A stretch of DNA of 64,000 nucleotides from Octopus vulgaris. Its lineage: Eukaryota. The stretch is taken from contig OX597822.1 of NCBI GenBank assembly GCA_951406725.2, positions 92,070,001 to 92,134,000 of the forward strand, written 5' to 3'. The position numbers and the translations under genes were made by a program. Under the pieces are notes generated by a model. It saw only the letters and a program-made list of their open reading frames with translations. It did no database searches and was not told the origin of the DNA. Shown in pieces: positions 1-11,802 of the stretch. Each line of letters begins with the position of its first letter. The first letter of the stretch is position 1.

Positions 1-770
1 TGCAAGACAGTGTGTGAGAGAGAATCGTGATGTGGTAGGAGAGAAATGTATCCATATGGATGATGGTTCACTTGCACTAAATGAGGCTGCCAAGAGAGAG
101 GTTTGGAGACGCCACCATGAAAGGTTGCTCAGTAAAGAGAATGAATGGGAGAAAGAGTTTGCCGAATGTCGACCCAACAGAGGGACCAGCTATCCGAATT
201 GACGGTACCTTGGTAGTTAAAGCAATCAAGAGTATGAAGGCAGGGAAAGCCCCCGGCCCATCAGGAATCACTGCAGAGATGCACAAAATATCTGGCAGTG
301 TCGGCTATAGCCTAGTCACCTGTATAGTTAACCAGGTGATACACGAAGGAGTCATACCCAATGACTGGTGTAGAAGTATAATAGTCAACTGCTACAAAGA
401 TGACGCTCTAGATACAAATAATTACAGAGGTATCAAATTGCTGGATCAAGTAATGAAGGTCATGGAGAGGGTCATAGCCCAACTAATTAGAAAGAGTTAG
501 TTTAGATGAGATGCAGTTTGGGTTCGTGCCAGGGAAAAGCACCACTGATGCTATATTCCTGGTAAGACAGCTGCAGGAGAAATACCTAGCCAAAGATAAA
601 CCTCTGTACCTGGCTTTCGTTGACATGGAGAAAGCCTTTGACAGGGTCAACGAGTACAGTGAAGAATTCCGGGTAGAGGTAGGGGTCCACCAGGGTTCAA
701 TCCTCAGCCCCCTCCTATTTATCATAGTCCTTCAGGCAATAACGGAGGAATTCAAGACAGGATTGCTGAC
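1..770 (+). mobile_element. RTE-clade LINE fragment (family A), linker + RT N-terminal half, frameshifted, with internal deletion
   Basis: ORFs 81-500 and 511-774 give KAPGPSGI, YRGIKLL, QFGFVPGKSTTDAIF, FVDMEKAFDRV, GVHQGSILSPLLF. Closely similar to the 29254-33073 copy. Confidence 0.95.
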
Positions 771-2602
771 TTGAAAATGCCCTAGGGGTGGAGTGAAAAT
801 ACTCTTGAATTGCTCATTTAGTATTTCACTTATCCTCATTGGATTTCCTGTGAGTGTGCCATCCTTTTCGAGGAGTGGCCCTATCCTACAGTGCACCGTA
901 GCTGTTTCTTTGGCATACCTGTAGAAAGCTCTGGGGTTAGATTTTATGTTGTCTATAGCCCAGGCTCCTTTGTCTGCTCTTTCTTTTTCATGGGAGAGTT
1001 GCAGACATTTTTCAATTTCCAACAGTTTTATTTTCAGGCGGGACTTTTCACTGCTTTCAATTTGTTTGTTTAGGTGATTTGAAACTTTTGTACGCCGTCT
1101 CATTAGAATTTTCCTCTCTCTGGGGATTTTGTTCTTGTGTACAGTGGCCTTTCTCTCTGGGACACATTTGTAGCATATGGCTTGCATTACAGACATGAAT
1201 TGTTGAAGTTTCATGTCGATGTCTGGCGAGGAGAGACGTTCAGGCCAGTTTTGTTTGAGGATCTCTTTCTCAATTTGTTTCCAGTTTGCCTTATGGAAGT
1301 TCAAGCTGGACAGATTCTGAGAGTTTCTTGTAGACTGCATGTCCATGCTTTCCTTTGGCCTGTACATGGTCAGCTCTACCATGTTGTGATCCGAGAGTAG
1401 TGTCGGTGTCACTTTCACATTATGGATGAGATCCATATTATTTGTGAAGCAGAGATCCAGTATGTTACCTGCCCTGGTTGGTTGGAGTATTATTTGCTCC
1501 ATGTACAGAGTGTTGATGAGGTTCAGGAGGGACCTCGCCTGTCCTCGTTCGCATCGTGTTATTCCTGGGAGAGAAAGGCCCTTGGGCCATCTGACATTGG
1601 GCTGATTGAAGTCTCCCATAAGAAGTACACTTATGTGTTGTTCTAATGTAACTAGAACGTCTTCAATTTTTATAAGGCAGTCTTCAAACTTGCCTACATG
1701 GCTTGGAGCATCTGGAGGGCGATATGCAGCACATATAACTACACCAAGTTGCCTTAAATGTACAATTAGTGTGTCACACACTGAATTTGAGTATGACAAA
1801 AGGACCTGTGGTGTGAGGTCCTCTCGGATGTACATAGCAACTCCTCCATGAGTCCTTTCTTTTCTGTCAGTCTGTAGTACAACATTATGTGGTATGTGTA
1901 TTTCCGCATCTACTATGTCCGGTTTCAGGTGTGTTTCCGTAAGTACTATGCATAAGGCTTGATTGCATGCAACAAGGTCTCTTAAGAAAGGGATTTTTGT
2001 CCTGTTACTGAGTGTTAGCAGTCCTCTGATGTTCAGTAGGAGCATCGAGGTGATGTGTGTGCTGTCGCCAGTGGTGTCCACCTTGGGTCTATTTGCTGTG
2101 GCATTCTTGTGTATTGTGGATAGTCCCATCTGCGAGTTTGAGTTTGATGGAGCCAGGTTAGCTGTTGTACAATCTTTTGTGCCATGCACAAAAAAGATTC
2201 TTGTTCTGCAGCTGCCCTTTCAATAACATGTTGGTGGTTTGTAGCATGCACTACATCTGCGTACCTCCGTTTTTGGGGCAGGTGGTGCGTGGTCCATTCC
2301 TTTTCCTTTTGGCAGTTGGTTTCTGCCCTGTTTCATGTTTATGTGGCAGGGTCTTTGGTGTGCAAAACGGCAGCCTGCACCTTCCTCTCCATGCCAGCAG
2401 ACACCTTTCAGGTAGAATTTACACATTCGTGTGCGCTGTCTCTTTCTATCCTTTTTGGTATATGGATAGTCAGGTTTGCTTCTATCCTTGGCTCTTTCAT
2501 CTTTTGGTTTTGTTTGAGTTTTAGTTTTTCCTTCTTTGGCTGTTTCATCTTTTGTTTTTCTTTTAGTTTTTCCTCCTTTTACTTCTTTTTTGGCTCTTTC
2601 AT
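763..2602 (-). mobile_element. CR1-like LINE (family C), ORF1 3' half + ORF2 APE endonuclease and linker, inverted relative to the adjacent 3' end
   Basis: ORF 732-2189 has APE motifs LNIRGL, LTETHL, GGVAMYI, YRPP, GDFN, PTR..NILDL, SDH. ORF 2220-2618 has CKFYLKGVCWHGEEGAGCRFAH (CCCH finger). Confidence 0.93.
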
Positions 2603-3100
2603 CACCATCCAGTGTCAAGTTAATTATAGAACTTGAGGCGATCCAATGAAGCTACATTAAGAAGATAGCCTCTGTACAGCATATAAGCTACTGGGAAAGA
2701 CTCAAGAGATTAAGACTATTCCTTAGGGCGTAGGCGAGAAAGATATGCCATAATATACATCTGGAAGATCCTAGAAGGACTTGTCCCAAACTTTGGCATC
2801 GAGAGTTACACAAATGCTAGAACTGGGTGCCACTGCATAGTGCCAAGGACTCCAAATTTGCCATCAAGATGTAGGACAAGATACTGTGATAGCCTGGGCT
2901 TCAGAGGCCCACAGCTCTTCAATATTCTCCCGAAGAACCTAAGAGACCTGCATGGGGTGGATGCCGATGTCTTTAAAATAAAACTGGATCTCTTCCTGTC
3001 AGGTGTCCCAGATGAACCAACTTCATGGCAGGAGGTGCAGATGAGGGCAGCTGCATCGAACTCTCTCAGCACCAATGCAAAAGTTCGTTTGAAGTGACCA
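2602..3100 (+). mobile_element. CR1-like LINE 3' end (ORF2 C-terminus)
   Basis: Translates to SPSSVKLIIELEAIQ..SYWERLK..RRRERYAIIYIWKILEG..GPQLFNILP..FKIKLDLFLSGVPDEP, a typical CR1 C-terminus. Confidence 0.9.
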
Positions 3101-3121
3101 AGCACTATATTTATATATATA

Positions 3122-3312
3122 TAACGGGAAAGTTTACGAAAATAAACATAAGACGAAGGTAGGTGGAGTACAAACAAACAAATGTATTAGTATAGCGGTC
3201 AGGAATAGAAATAGAAAAAGTCTTTTACATTTAGAGCCTGCGCTCTTCGACAGAAAGATACACAGAAAAAAACAAGGAGAGAAAAAAATGTATGTAGGAG
3301 CTAACGATCTAT
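3122..3312 (-). mobile_element. Penelope-like terminal-repeat fragment with decayed minimal hammerhead motif
   Basis: Minus strand 3258-3221 reads TCTTT CTG TCGAAGA GC GCAG GCTC TAAAT GTA AAAGA. Flanked by TA-rich repeats. Confidence 0.5.
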
Positions 3313-4281
3313 CATATATATGTATGTATAAAGATATGTATATATATATATATATAAAGATATGTATATGAGAGTAGCTGAGTAAAATACTGGATATCAA
3401 GAAAAAGGAATGGTGAGATATTAGATATTCACCTATATTTTATTTATATCATACAGCATATAGTTTACAACCCTTTAGAGTTAAACCCATTGGAAATTGA
3501 CAGTTGAGTTCCAGTTGATCGGGATAAATTAATTAATGTGAGATATTCTCCTCAAACCTTATTTTACTGAGACGATATATCTAGCTTTAGGTACATAAAA
3601 GTATACGTCTCAGAGCTGCTAGTAAGAGAATGACTGATGGAGTAGAGGTGATAACTATAAGGTGGAAGGGCAGGGGTTGCTAGTACATACCTAGATTATC
3701 AAATATAAGTGAAATAAAGTGGAGAACAAAAGAGATCAAAATAAGTTCTACAGGTGGGAATTAGAACCAAGGGTTACAAGGTGTTTCATAACAGCCAATT
3801 TATCATATTGAAAATTTAGCAAAGAAGTTTTGAACAATATAAAGGAAAATGGGGTACTTTGATATATAAGAGAATGTTCGTAAGGCCTTTCCTAAGTATA
3901 ATGATATGGTGGTCATGATAAAATTTATCCACAATGAATTTATAAATAAATTAAATTAGATTTTCCTCTGTTACTCTCTACATTATAGTAGGCTTTAGAA
4001 ATACATTCTTTCCCTAAATTCATTCTGCTACAAGCATAGCAAAGGGAAGCAATGTAAGTGTTTTGGTTTCTAGCATTGATGTAAATTGTGCTAAAAAATG
4101 GTTTATCCTTTGTATTAGAAATTTATATGATCGTCTGCATCTGAGGCAAACAGTTTCTTTCAAATTGATGTAATTGAACCACTTGAAAATGGGCGTAATG
4201 CATTGATACTTGGACATATTTGCTACTTGTTTGCTATGTATATATATAATCAAAATAAGCAACAAGAATGACTCCAGTAAT

Positions 4282-4364
4282 TTGGTACGATCGTTTCGTA
4301 CTACATTTTATTAAATGTTGTAAGTATTACAACAGTTTTAAAATGCTGAGCACTCATCAGCCAA
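4282..4364 (-). ncRNA. Type I hammerhead ribozyme (minus-strand arm)
   Basis: TTGG-CTGATGA-GTGCT..long hairpin..AGTAC-GAA-ACGATCGT-A-CCAA. Intact core, palindromic stem III, GUA cleavage triplet. Confidence 0.85.
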
Positions 4365-4529
4365 TTATTCAGTAGTCTGGAACAACTGAATCTTAGTCAG
4401 TCAGTTGATGGGCTCCACTACCTCAAATGTTCTTAAAATTTAAATCCACATCTTTGTCTATGTATCTACCTTCTCTATAATGTTGCCACTTGATATGAAA
4501 ATTTTTGTATTAATGGAAAACCTCTATTA

Positions 4530-4615
4530 TTGGCTGATGAGTGCTCAGCATTTTAAAACTGTTGTAACACTTACAACATTTAATAAAATGATGTAGTACG
4601 AAACGATCGTACCAA
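4530..4615 (+). ncRNA. Type I hammerhead ribozyme (plus-strand arm)
   Basis: Stem I TTGG(4530-33)/CCAA(4612-15); CTGATGA 4534-40; stem II GTGCT/AGTAC enclosing CATTTTA/TAAAATG and TGTTGTAA/TTACAACA; GAAAC 4600-04; GTA 4609-11. Confidence 0.87.
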
Positions 4616-4637
4616 ATTATTGGAGTCATTCTTGTTG

Positions 4638-4694
<57 letters not shown>

Positions 4695-5589
4695 ACACTT
4701 ATGTATATATTTATTGTATCTTACTATTTTTTTTCTATCTTGTGTTCATTGTATGCTATGAGATCAGTGTCAATTGTACTATTTCTTTTATTTTCCTTTA
4801 TAAAGCACTTTTGGATATGCAGCATTCCATGTCGTTTGTGTCTAAAATGTTCGAAGTATTTTGTTTCATCTTTTGGAATTTTTTATGCTAATAGTATTAT
4901 TATTATTATCATCAGAAATTCTGACTTCAAAGATATATTCTTTATAGTATTTCTTGAAAAATATTTGAAATTTGTTTGAAGTTCTTTAATATGTGTATAT
5001 TTCTGAAATATATTTTTCAATGCAATTGTGGTATTTCTTTTTGTATTTCTTTGTTTTGTTTTGTTTTTTTCAAAAATGAAAACATAACATCTTAATTCTC
5101 TCTCCTAAGAAGGGCTATTTATATTTCGCTTTTAAAAATGTAAACATTCAATTTAGGTTGACCAACTATAAATTTAATTTCAAAACTGGTTTTTGTTGAT
5201 GAAAATGCTGAAAAATCTGTAGTAGCATGTCAACATGGTATTATAATCTATAATATTGTGACTATTTATGAATAGAAATAACTTAAATCATACTTGTAAA
5301 TATTTCACTAATGTCATAGCTGCTTATTAATATGTCACATTTTATACTTTGTTCTTTATAAAACACTATTCGCAATTATATCTTTGATATAACATCCTAT
5401 TTTGCATTATTTATTTAAGTGGTACCTCTATCTCTGTTAATTACCGATACATTTTACACTCTGTCCTTTAGATATTATTTTTTTTTATGTTTAGTTCTCT
5501 GTCCATAATGTAGCATTGTACTCAAATGTTTACTGTGAAATAACATACACATCAAGCCATGATTTGGTGGGGTGATATGGAATGCTAGT

Positions 5590-5745
5590 TAGTAAAGCAA
5601 CTCCAATACTAGACTGATACTTATTTTTTATTAACTCCTGGAGAGATAAAGGTAGTGCCAACCTTGGAAGTTAAACTCACAGTGTTAAGAGATATTACGA
5701 AATACTTTAGTGCATTTTATTCACTTCTAAGCTAATTCTGTTGTC
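5590..5745 (-). mobile_element. Degraded SINE of the family at 16775 and 57550
   Basis: Reverse-complement similarity to GTACTTATTTTATCGACCCC..AAAGG..AAC. Confidence 0.5.
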
Positions 5746-5771
5746 CACTGCCCATGTCTGTATTTTCCTTG

Positions 5772-5965
5772 TCATCATCATCATTTAAAGTCTGTTTTCC
5801 ATGCTAGCATGGATTGGACAGTTTGACAGGAGCTGCCCAGGCTCCACTTGTCTGTTTTGGCATGGTTTCCATAGCTGGATGCCCTTCCTAATGCTAACCA
5901 CTTTTCAGAGTGTACTGGGTGCTTTTTATGTGTCGCCAAAATGGGTACTTTTTACATGAAACTGA
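5772..5965 (-). mobile_element. RTE family A 3' UTR tail with (GAT)n end
   Basis: CATCATCAT..TTTCCATGCTAGCATGG..GCTGGATGCCCTTCCTAATGC matches 29254-29420. Confidence 0.85.
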
Positions 5966-6094
5966 AATGGTTTGTATTTCCTTATCTTGACATTGCATAA
6001 TGGTTGTAAACGAGTGACACTGTAATACAATCTGTGTACTTTGTTTCTATTCTTCTAAGAAAATGTTTACCCACAAAGAAATATTACTTTACTT

Positions 6095-6223
6095 GGAAAC
6101 AGGTGAGTGTTGGCAACAGGAAGGGCTTCAGACAGTAGAAAATCTGTCTCAGCAATTTCAAACCAACCCATGCAAGCACAAAGAAAGTGGACATTAAAAT
6201 AGTGATGTTGATGATGATGATGA
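6095..6223 (+). mobile_element. RTE-type 3' tail with (GAT)n end
   Basis: GTTGGCAACAGGAAGGGC..GTAGAAA..CCCATGCAAGC..GGACATTAAA..GATGATGAT. Confidence 0.8.
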
Positions 6224-6329
6224 TTGACCAGAACTTATTTCATGAACTCCTAAAGAATGAAAATCAAAAACTCAATTTTTCTTTTGAACCCAGAACATGA
6301 AAAGATGTTACTAAACACTCTGATTGCTA

Positions 6330-6850
6330 GCAATAACAACAACAATAATTGCTATTGCTATCATCATTATCATCATTATTATTTCTCTAGTCTTAATTTA
6401 GTTAGCAGTTATTTTATTTTGAGGCTAGGTGACAACAAGTCACCTCAAATCTCAAGAATCTTTCTTAGGATTCTTACAGGTTGACAATGCAAATTTCAAT
6501 TCTAATTTCTTTCAGTGTTTCTTGCTTTCTAGGTGTTGTGCTAGGTGTACCAATTGCTATAGGAGTAATTGTTGTCTTGGTGTTTCACAGTCTCCTCAGC
6601 TCTCTGGTTAGATGCTGATATTTCTCAATTTTTTTCAATTTTTTTTTGTATTGACTCGCTATTATAAGGAATTGTGAAATCTGACCTTACACTGTTTATT
6701 TTGTCCTCTGTAATCATGTCTGGTCTTCTTGCCTCAGTACTATGGTCAGTCTACAAGATCAGAGTTTCACAAACTTCTTCACCACTCTGTCATTACAAGG
6801 ATTAGCAGCATCAGCTGTAGGAATGCTGTGGTCTCCCAGACATACAAATA
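6330..6850 (-). mobile_element. R4/Dong-clade LINE 3' end (restriction-like endonuclease remnant)
   Basis: Minus-strand translation TDH..EARRPDMI..EKIEKYQHLTRELRRL..PIAIG, followed by a TAA/TGA-repeat tail. Confidence 0.75.
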
Positions 6851-7649
6851 GTTGAATTAGAGTAAATGATAAATTTAACCATAAAGATATTTGTATATCT
6901 TTTAGAATAAATTTCAATGAAATTTATATAACTTTTAAACCTATGAAACCTTTATGTGTAATTTAAAAGTCTTGATAGTTTTGTTTGATGTTTCTACTTA
7001 TTTTTTTGTAAGTTATCTTCAGTTAGACTTTTTTTAAAAATCATGTTGTATATATATATATATATTGGTTAGAAGTATTTTGTGATTTTGTGTTATTTGA
7101 AATTGATGAAGCATTGATTATAAGTTCTACATTGGTGATATTGATAGATTTTGGGAAAATATATTTAATATTGATTTTTTAAAGATTTTCCTGGTAAATG
7201 ATAATCTTTATAATCATTAAAAAAATCGTTATTTGCACCATGTACAGCAAGATCTGGAACCATCATTTGCATATTTATTCTTAACACATCTTGGCAGATT
7301 CAAATGCAAAATATGGTGGTTGCTGTAGTGTACATCATGGGAGAATAAGTTCTCTCTTTTATGAAGACAGTGTATTCAACACATTCAGCTCAAAATCCTG
7401 GTTGATGAGACACAACATATCAAAACACTGGTGTCCACTGAGCCTAGTGTGTTGAACACACTTTTGTAAAAGTGAGAGGATATTCTCCTATGGTGTAAAT
7501 CACATTGACCTTCATATTTTGCTTCTGAACCTACCTAGACATGTTAAGAATAAATGTGCAAATAATCGTTCATAATAATTATTCTCATAAAAATATAACA
7601 AGTAGGCTAAGTTTCACTACTTTTCTTCTTTGTTTAGCTATTTTCTTAT

Positions 7650-8040
7650 CTTTTATCTTTTACTTGTTTCAGTCAATAGACTGCAGCCATGCTTGGGTAT
7701 CGCCTTGGAGAATTTTTAGTTGAGTGTATTGACCTTAGTCTTTTTAAAGCCTGGTACTTATTCTATCAGTCTATTTTGACAAACTGCTAGGTTATAGGGA
7801 TACAAACACATTAGCACTGATTGTCAAGTGGTGTGGGGGAAGACAAACACAGACACAAAGACACACACATATATACGATGAGCTTCTTTCAGTTTCCTAC
7901 TACCAAATCTACTCATAAGACTTTGGTCAGCCTGAGTCTATAGTAGAAGACACTTGCCCAAGGTACCACACAGTGGGACTGAACCACAAACCATGAAGTT
8001 GATAACCAAGCTTCTTTACTACACAGTTACGCCTGTGCCT
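7650..8040 (-). mobile_element. tRNA-derived SINE, near full length
   Basis: Head AGGCACAGGCGTAACTGTGTAGTAAAG..GGTTCAGTCCC (A/B-box-like), CCTTGGGCAAGTGTC, (TG)n core, tail GACTGAAACAAGTAAAAGA. Related pieces at 15930-16170, 24590-24730, 28900-29145, 52590-52730. Confidence 0.85.
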
Positions 8041-10624
8041 ATTTGACATTCTCTGCTAGCATGGGTTGGAGAGCTAGACCCTATATTATATCAACATTGA
8101 TTTAGTCCTTCACTATCACTGAGATTTCATCACACTATCATGAATCTACTTTGACCATCCTCAACCAAATGTGTTCTCCACTCAGAATATACAGCACTTT
8201 TTCTCTCTTAATTGTTACCTTCCATTCATATTACATAGCCATACTATCATCTATAATATTATTCTGTGCGTTCCTGCATTCCTATCTATTTTGTTCACAT
8301 GTTACACTTAAACCAGCGGAAGTATTAAATCAAATGGACAAGTATATATATATATATATACTTGGGGAGAAGAGTAAACTAAGAGAGAGGGTGAAGGTCT
8401 ATATTATTCTGCATTTGTATGTACAAATCGTGGGCACAGTTGAAATGTTTTACATAGTGAAACAATGTAAAAGATCTATCTATAAATTTATGCATTAAAA
8501 TATTTTTTATAGATGGTTAAATCAGAGTGAAATAATCTTAGCAAATAGCTGTGGATGTTACAGTTTTATCATTAACATGTTCCAGATCAAAGGTTGCGAC
8601 CATGCTTGGGCATTACCATTATTGATTTTTCTTTTTTGCAGTTTGGTTTACCTATCTATCTGTCTAGCTAGCTAGCTAGCTACATAGTTAGATAGGTACG
8701 TAGGTGAGTTAACAGATATGCAGATACAGAGATATATTAATAGATAAACAAATAAATATGTAAATGAAATGAAAATAATCTCAGTTGGTAAATAACTTTA
8801 ACTGAACCTTGGTGGTTGGACAGCGAAAAGTCTAGCTTAATCTGTCTGCCTGTCTCACTCTCTCTCCTTTTCCTTACACTATAAAACACACTATATCTGC
8901 CAAACATATTAAAAGAAAGTAAATAAGCAATATTTTCTAAGTTCATTTGATTATATTTATAAGTACGTGTTTAATTAAATGGCTGGATTTCAAGGGAATT
9001 TTAAAAAAATTTCCTTGTGTTTAATATATTGATGTTTTCAAATATGCTAAATTACACTGTGGAATTTCCACAGGTCCTACTAGTTTTTATAATTCTGTTT
9101 GATTCTCCATTGTAGCTGAATTATTTTGTTTCAACATGTAAATCCTTGGTGAAAGTCATCTGTTATACAACATCATTCTTCTCTTCTTTACCTAATATGA
9201 AGGCATTGTTCTAATTTCTGATTTTCTTATCACATGACCATATCACAGTATTTTGCTTTGTCTCTACCCTAACACCTTAAACCCTTTTTTGATACCAATC
9301 TTCCAGAGCACAACTTTGGTTCACCTGGAGAACTGATAATATTATGTATTCATATTTCAATAAAACTCTCAAATGAAATATTGTTAAACCCACAATAGAA
9401 TTTTTGACTGATAAAGTAATTATTGGAATAGTTACTTTAAAAGAATATTTGTTAGATTATCTTCCAAACACCCATGTAGTAGACTATTAGATAGTTTAAG
9501 CATATAATGGTATTTTAGTATTTCTAATGTCTAAAATTGTTTAGTAGTTCATTCATTACGAGTTTAAAATACAAGTAAGTAAACATCTTATTTTACTAAA
9601 ATTATATTGTCTTGATGGTACATTCACCAGTCTTCTTGTGAGGGCTCAAAGCATCTCATGGCATGAGTACAAAATAAAAGAGGTGATTTAAGGACACATT
9701 GCACCCATCTCTAATATTGTCATATGAGATCTTCTATTTTGAAGACTTCTATACTATACTAAAGAACAAAGACCACTCAACTATGTTGATATTATTAGTA
9801 GAGATATACAACATGAAATTCATTTTTGTTTGAAATTTGATCATGACATAGCTAAACTTGTTCATCTATGATTAACATTATATGCTGCTCTGTCCATTCC
9901 ATAGTTTTTTAGTCCCTACTTCTTACCTTTGCTTGTTTATTTTATTTATTTATGTATTCTATTGTTTGGTTCAGTTTAACTACACAAACCAAAACATTTA
10001 CCTGACATTTATTTGTATTCTAACTGTTATTGTCTCTCTCTCCCTCAACAATGCTTCTTATTTTGATATATAATTTCTTACTATTTAGCATTTTGATGGA
10101 TGTCTGTTGAAAAAGTTGTCTTACATTTGATGTTGATTTTTACTATTTTTGGCTTTTACAATTAGCTCATTCTAGTTTGCTTATTCAGTTATCATATATA
10201 ATGAAAGTAATGTAGGTTAGTCTGCAGAATTGACCTGACCAGAAGTTTACACCCCTTTATTCCCCTAGTCCAATTATGTGTTGGTTGGTAGAACAACAAA
10301 AATGTGAACAACTTTCAGAAGGAAGTTTTAAAGGAAATGTAACCAGAACCTAACAGTATTTCCTTTCTTCCATTCTATCAGTTCCTTTGTTTTATAGGTC
10401 TCTGTGAAGAGAGTGTGTGCAAACACATATACATATGTGTGGAGAAGACTTTCTTTTCTACTTGTATAGTTAATATACAGTTATTTTGTTTGCGTATGTG
10501 GAATTTTATTTTACTTAATTTTATTTTGGAGATGCAGCATGAAATTTTGTCAGTGAACAGGTCACAGTCTCAAAGCGACGAAAATATTTTGACAAATTAA
10601 ATTTAAATGTTGAAGTGAGTCTAA

Positions 10625-11172
10625 TATTATTATCCTCAGCCCATCTGTAAATTGAGTCCAACTTCTGCTGAAGGTGTGCAACATCGCTGGGGTTCTGTAT
10701 TTTCTGCAAGACTTTCATATCATCTGCATAGCTTGCCAGAGTGGCTACCCAGGCATTTGAGGGCATATCTGAGATGCCACTATAAAAAGCAGTGGTCCCA
10801 AGACTGTGCCCTCTGGAACACCGCTCACTATTTGTGTGTTCATAGAGGTGACTCCATTAGCCACTACTGCCTAATGACCTCTTTCAGGAAGTCATGTAAC
10901 CACTCTCCAAGTTTTCCAGCTATGCCAAGGTCATGCAGTTTGTGGCATATCATACCATGATCCACCTTGTCAAAAGCTTTTGCAAAATCAAGGTATATTA
11001 CGTCCACATTTGATTTGTTGAGTAACTGCTTCAACACCCCGTCATAATGTTGTAAGAGCTGGGTCAGGCAGCTCCTACCTGGTCGAAAACCATGCTGGGT
11101 ATCACTCAGCAAGTTATTTTCTTCAAGGAATGCAGTTAGTTTCCCTCTGACTATCTGTTCCATGACTTTGCT
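10625..11172 (-). mobile_element. CR1-like LINE reverse transcriptase fragment
   Basis: QHGFRPGRSCLTQL, DVIYLDFAKAFDKVDH, GVPEGTVLGPLLF, YADD; frameshifted. Confidence 0.93.
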
Positions 11173-11211
11173 GATATATATATATATATACACACACACA
11201 TATATAAATAT

Positions 11212-11247
<36 letters not shown>

Positions 11248-11249
<2 letters not shown>

Positions 11250-11578
11250 CATCATCATCATCATCATTTAGCGTCCGCTTTCCATGCTAGCATGGGTTGG
11301 ACGGTTCAACTGGGGTCTGTGAAGCCAGAAAGCTGCATCAGTGTTTCTACGGCTGGATGCCCTTCCTAATGCCAACCATTCCGTGAGTGTAGTGGGTGCT
11401 TTTTATGTGCCACCCGCACAGGTGCCAGACGGAGCTGGCAAACGGCCACGGACGGATGGTGCTTTTTACGTGCCACCGGCACGGGAGCCAGATGAGGCGG
11501 GCAACGGCCACGAACGGATGGTGCTTTTACATGCTACCGGCACGGGGGCGAGGCGAGGCTGGTGCTTTTATGTGCCAT
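11248..11578 (-). mobile_element. RTE family A 3' UTR fragment with about 3 units of the ~61-bp repeat
   Basis: Matches 29254-29600, with (CAT)n on the + strand. Confidence 0.9.
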
Positions 11579-11726
11579 ATATATATATATATATATATAC
11601 ATACAAACATACGCACACATATATAAATACACACACACACACATATATATATATATACAAATATACGCACACATATATAAATACACACATATATGTATAC
11701 ATACATATATATATAGATATCTATAT

Positions 11727-11784
<58 letters not shown>

Positions 11785-11802
11785 ACACATATATATATAT
11801 AT

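Larger units (their letters stand above)
4255..4642. repeat. Inverted repeat, arms 4255-4365 and 4529-4642, about 163 bp spacer; Penelope-like pseudo-LTR pair
   Basis: Arms are reverse complements with 2 substitutions and one 3-nt indel. (TA)n on both outer sides. Confidence 0.92.

Noticed and set aside
2190-2618. CCCH finger apparently in frame with the APE (single-ORF LINE)
   Set aside because: The 43-kb copy places the finger in the ORF1 (QESFL) frame, so the first copy most likely has a decay frameshift.
3567-3613. Hairpin CTGAGACG..CGTCTCAG
   Set aside because: No ribozyme core, TSD or second copy in the window.
10541-10624. 84-bp block repeated at about 14758-14841
   Set aside because: Looks like an ordinary dispersed-repeat fragment with no diagnostic features.
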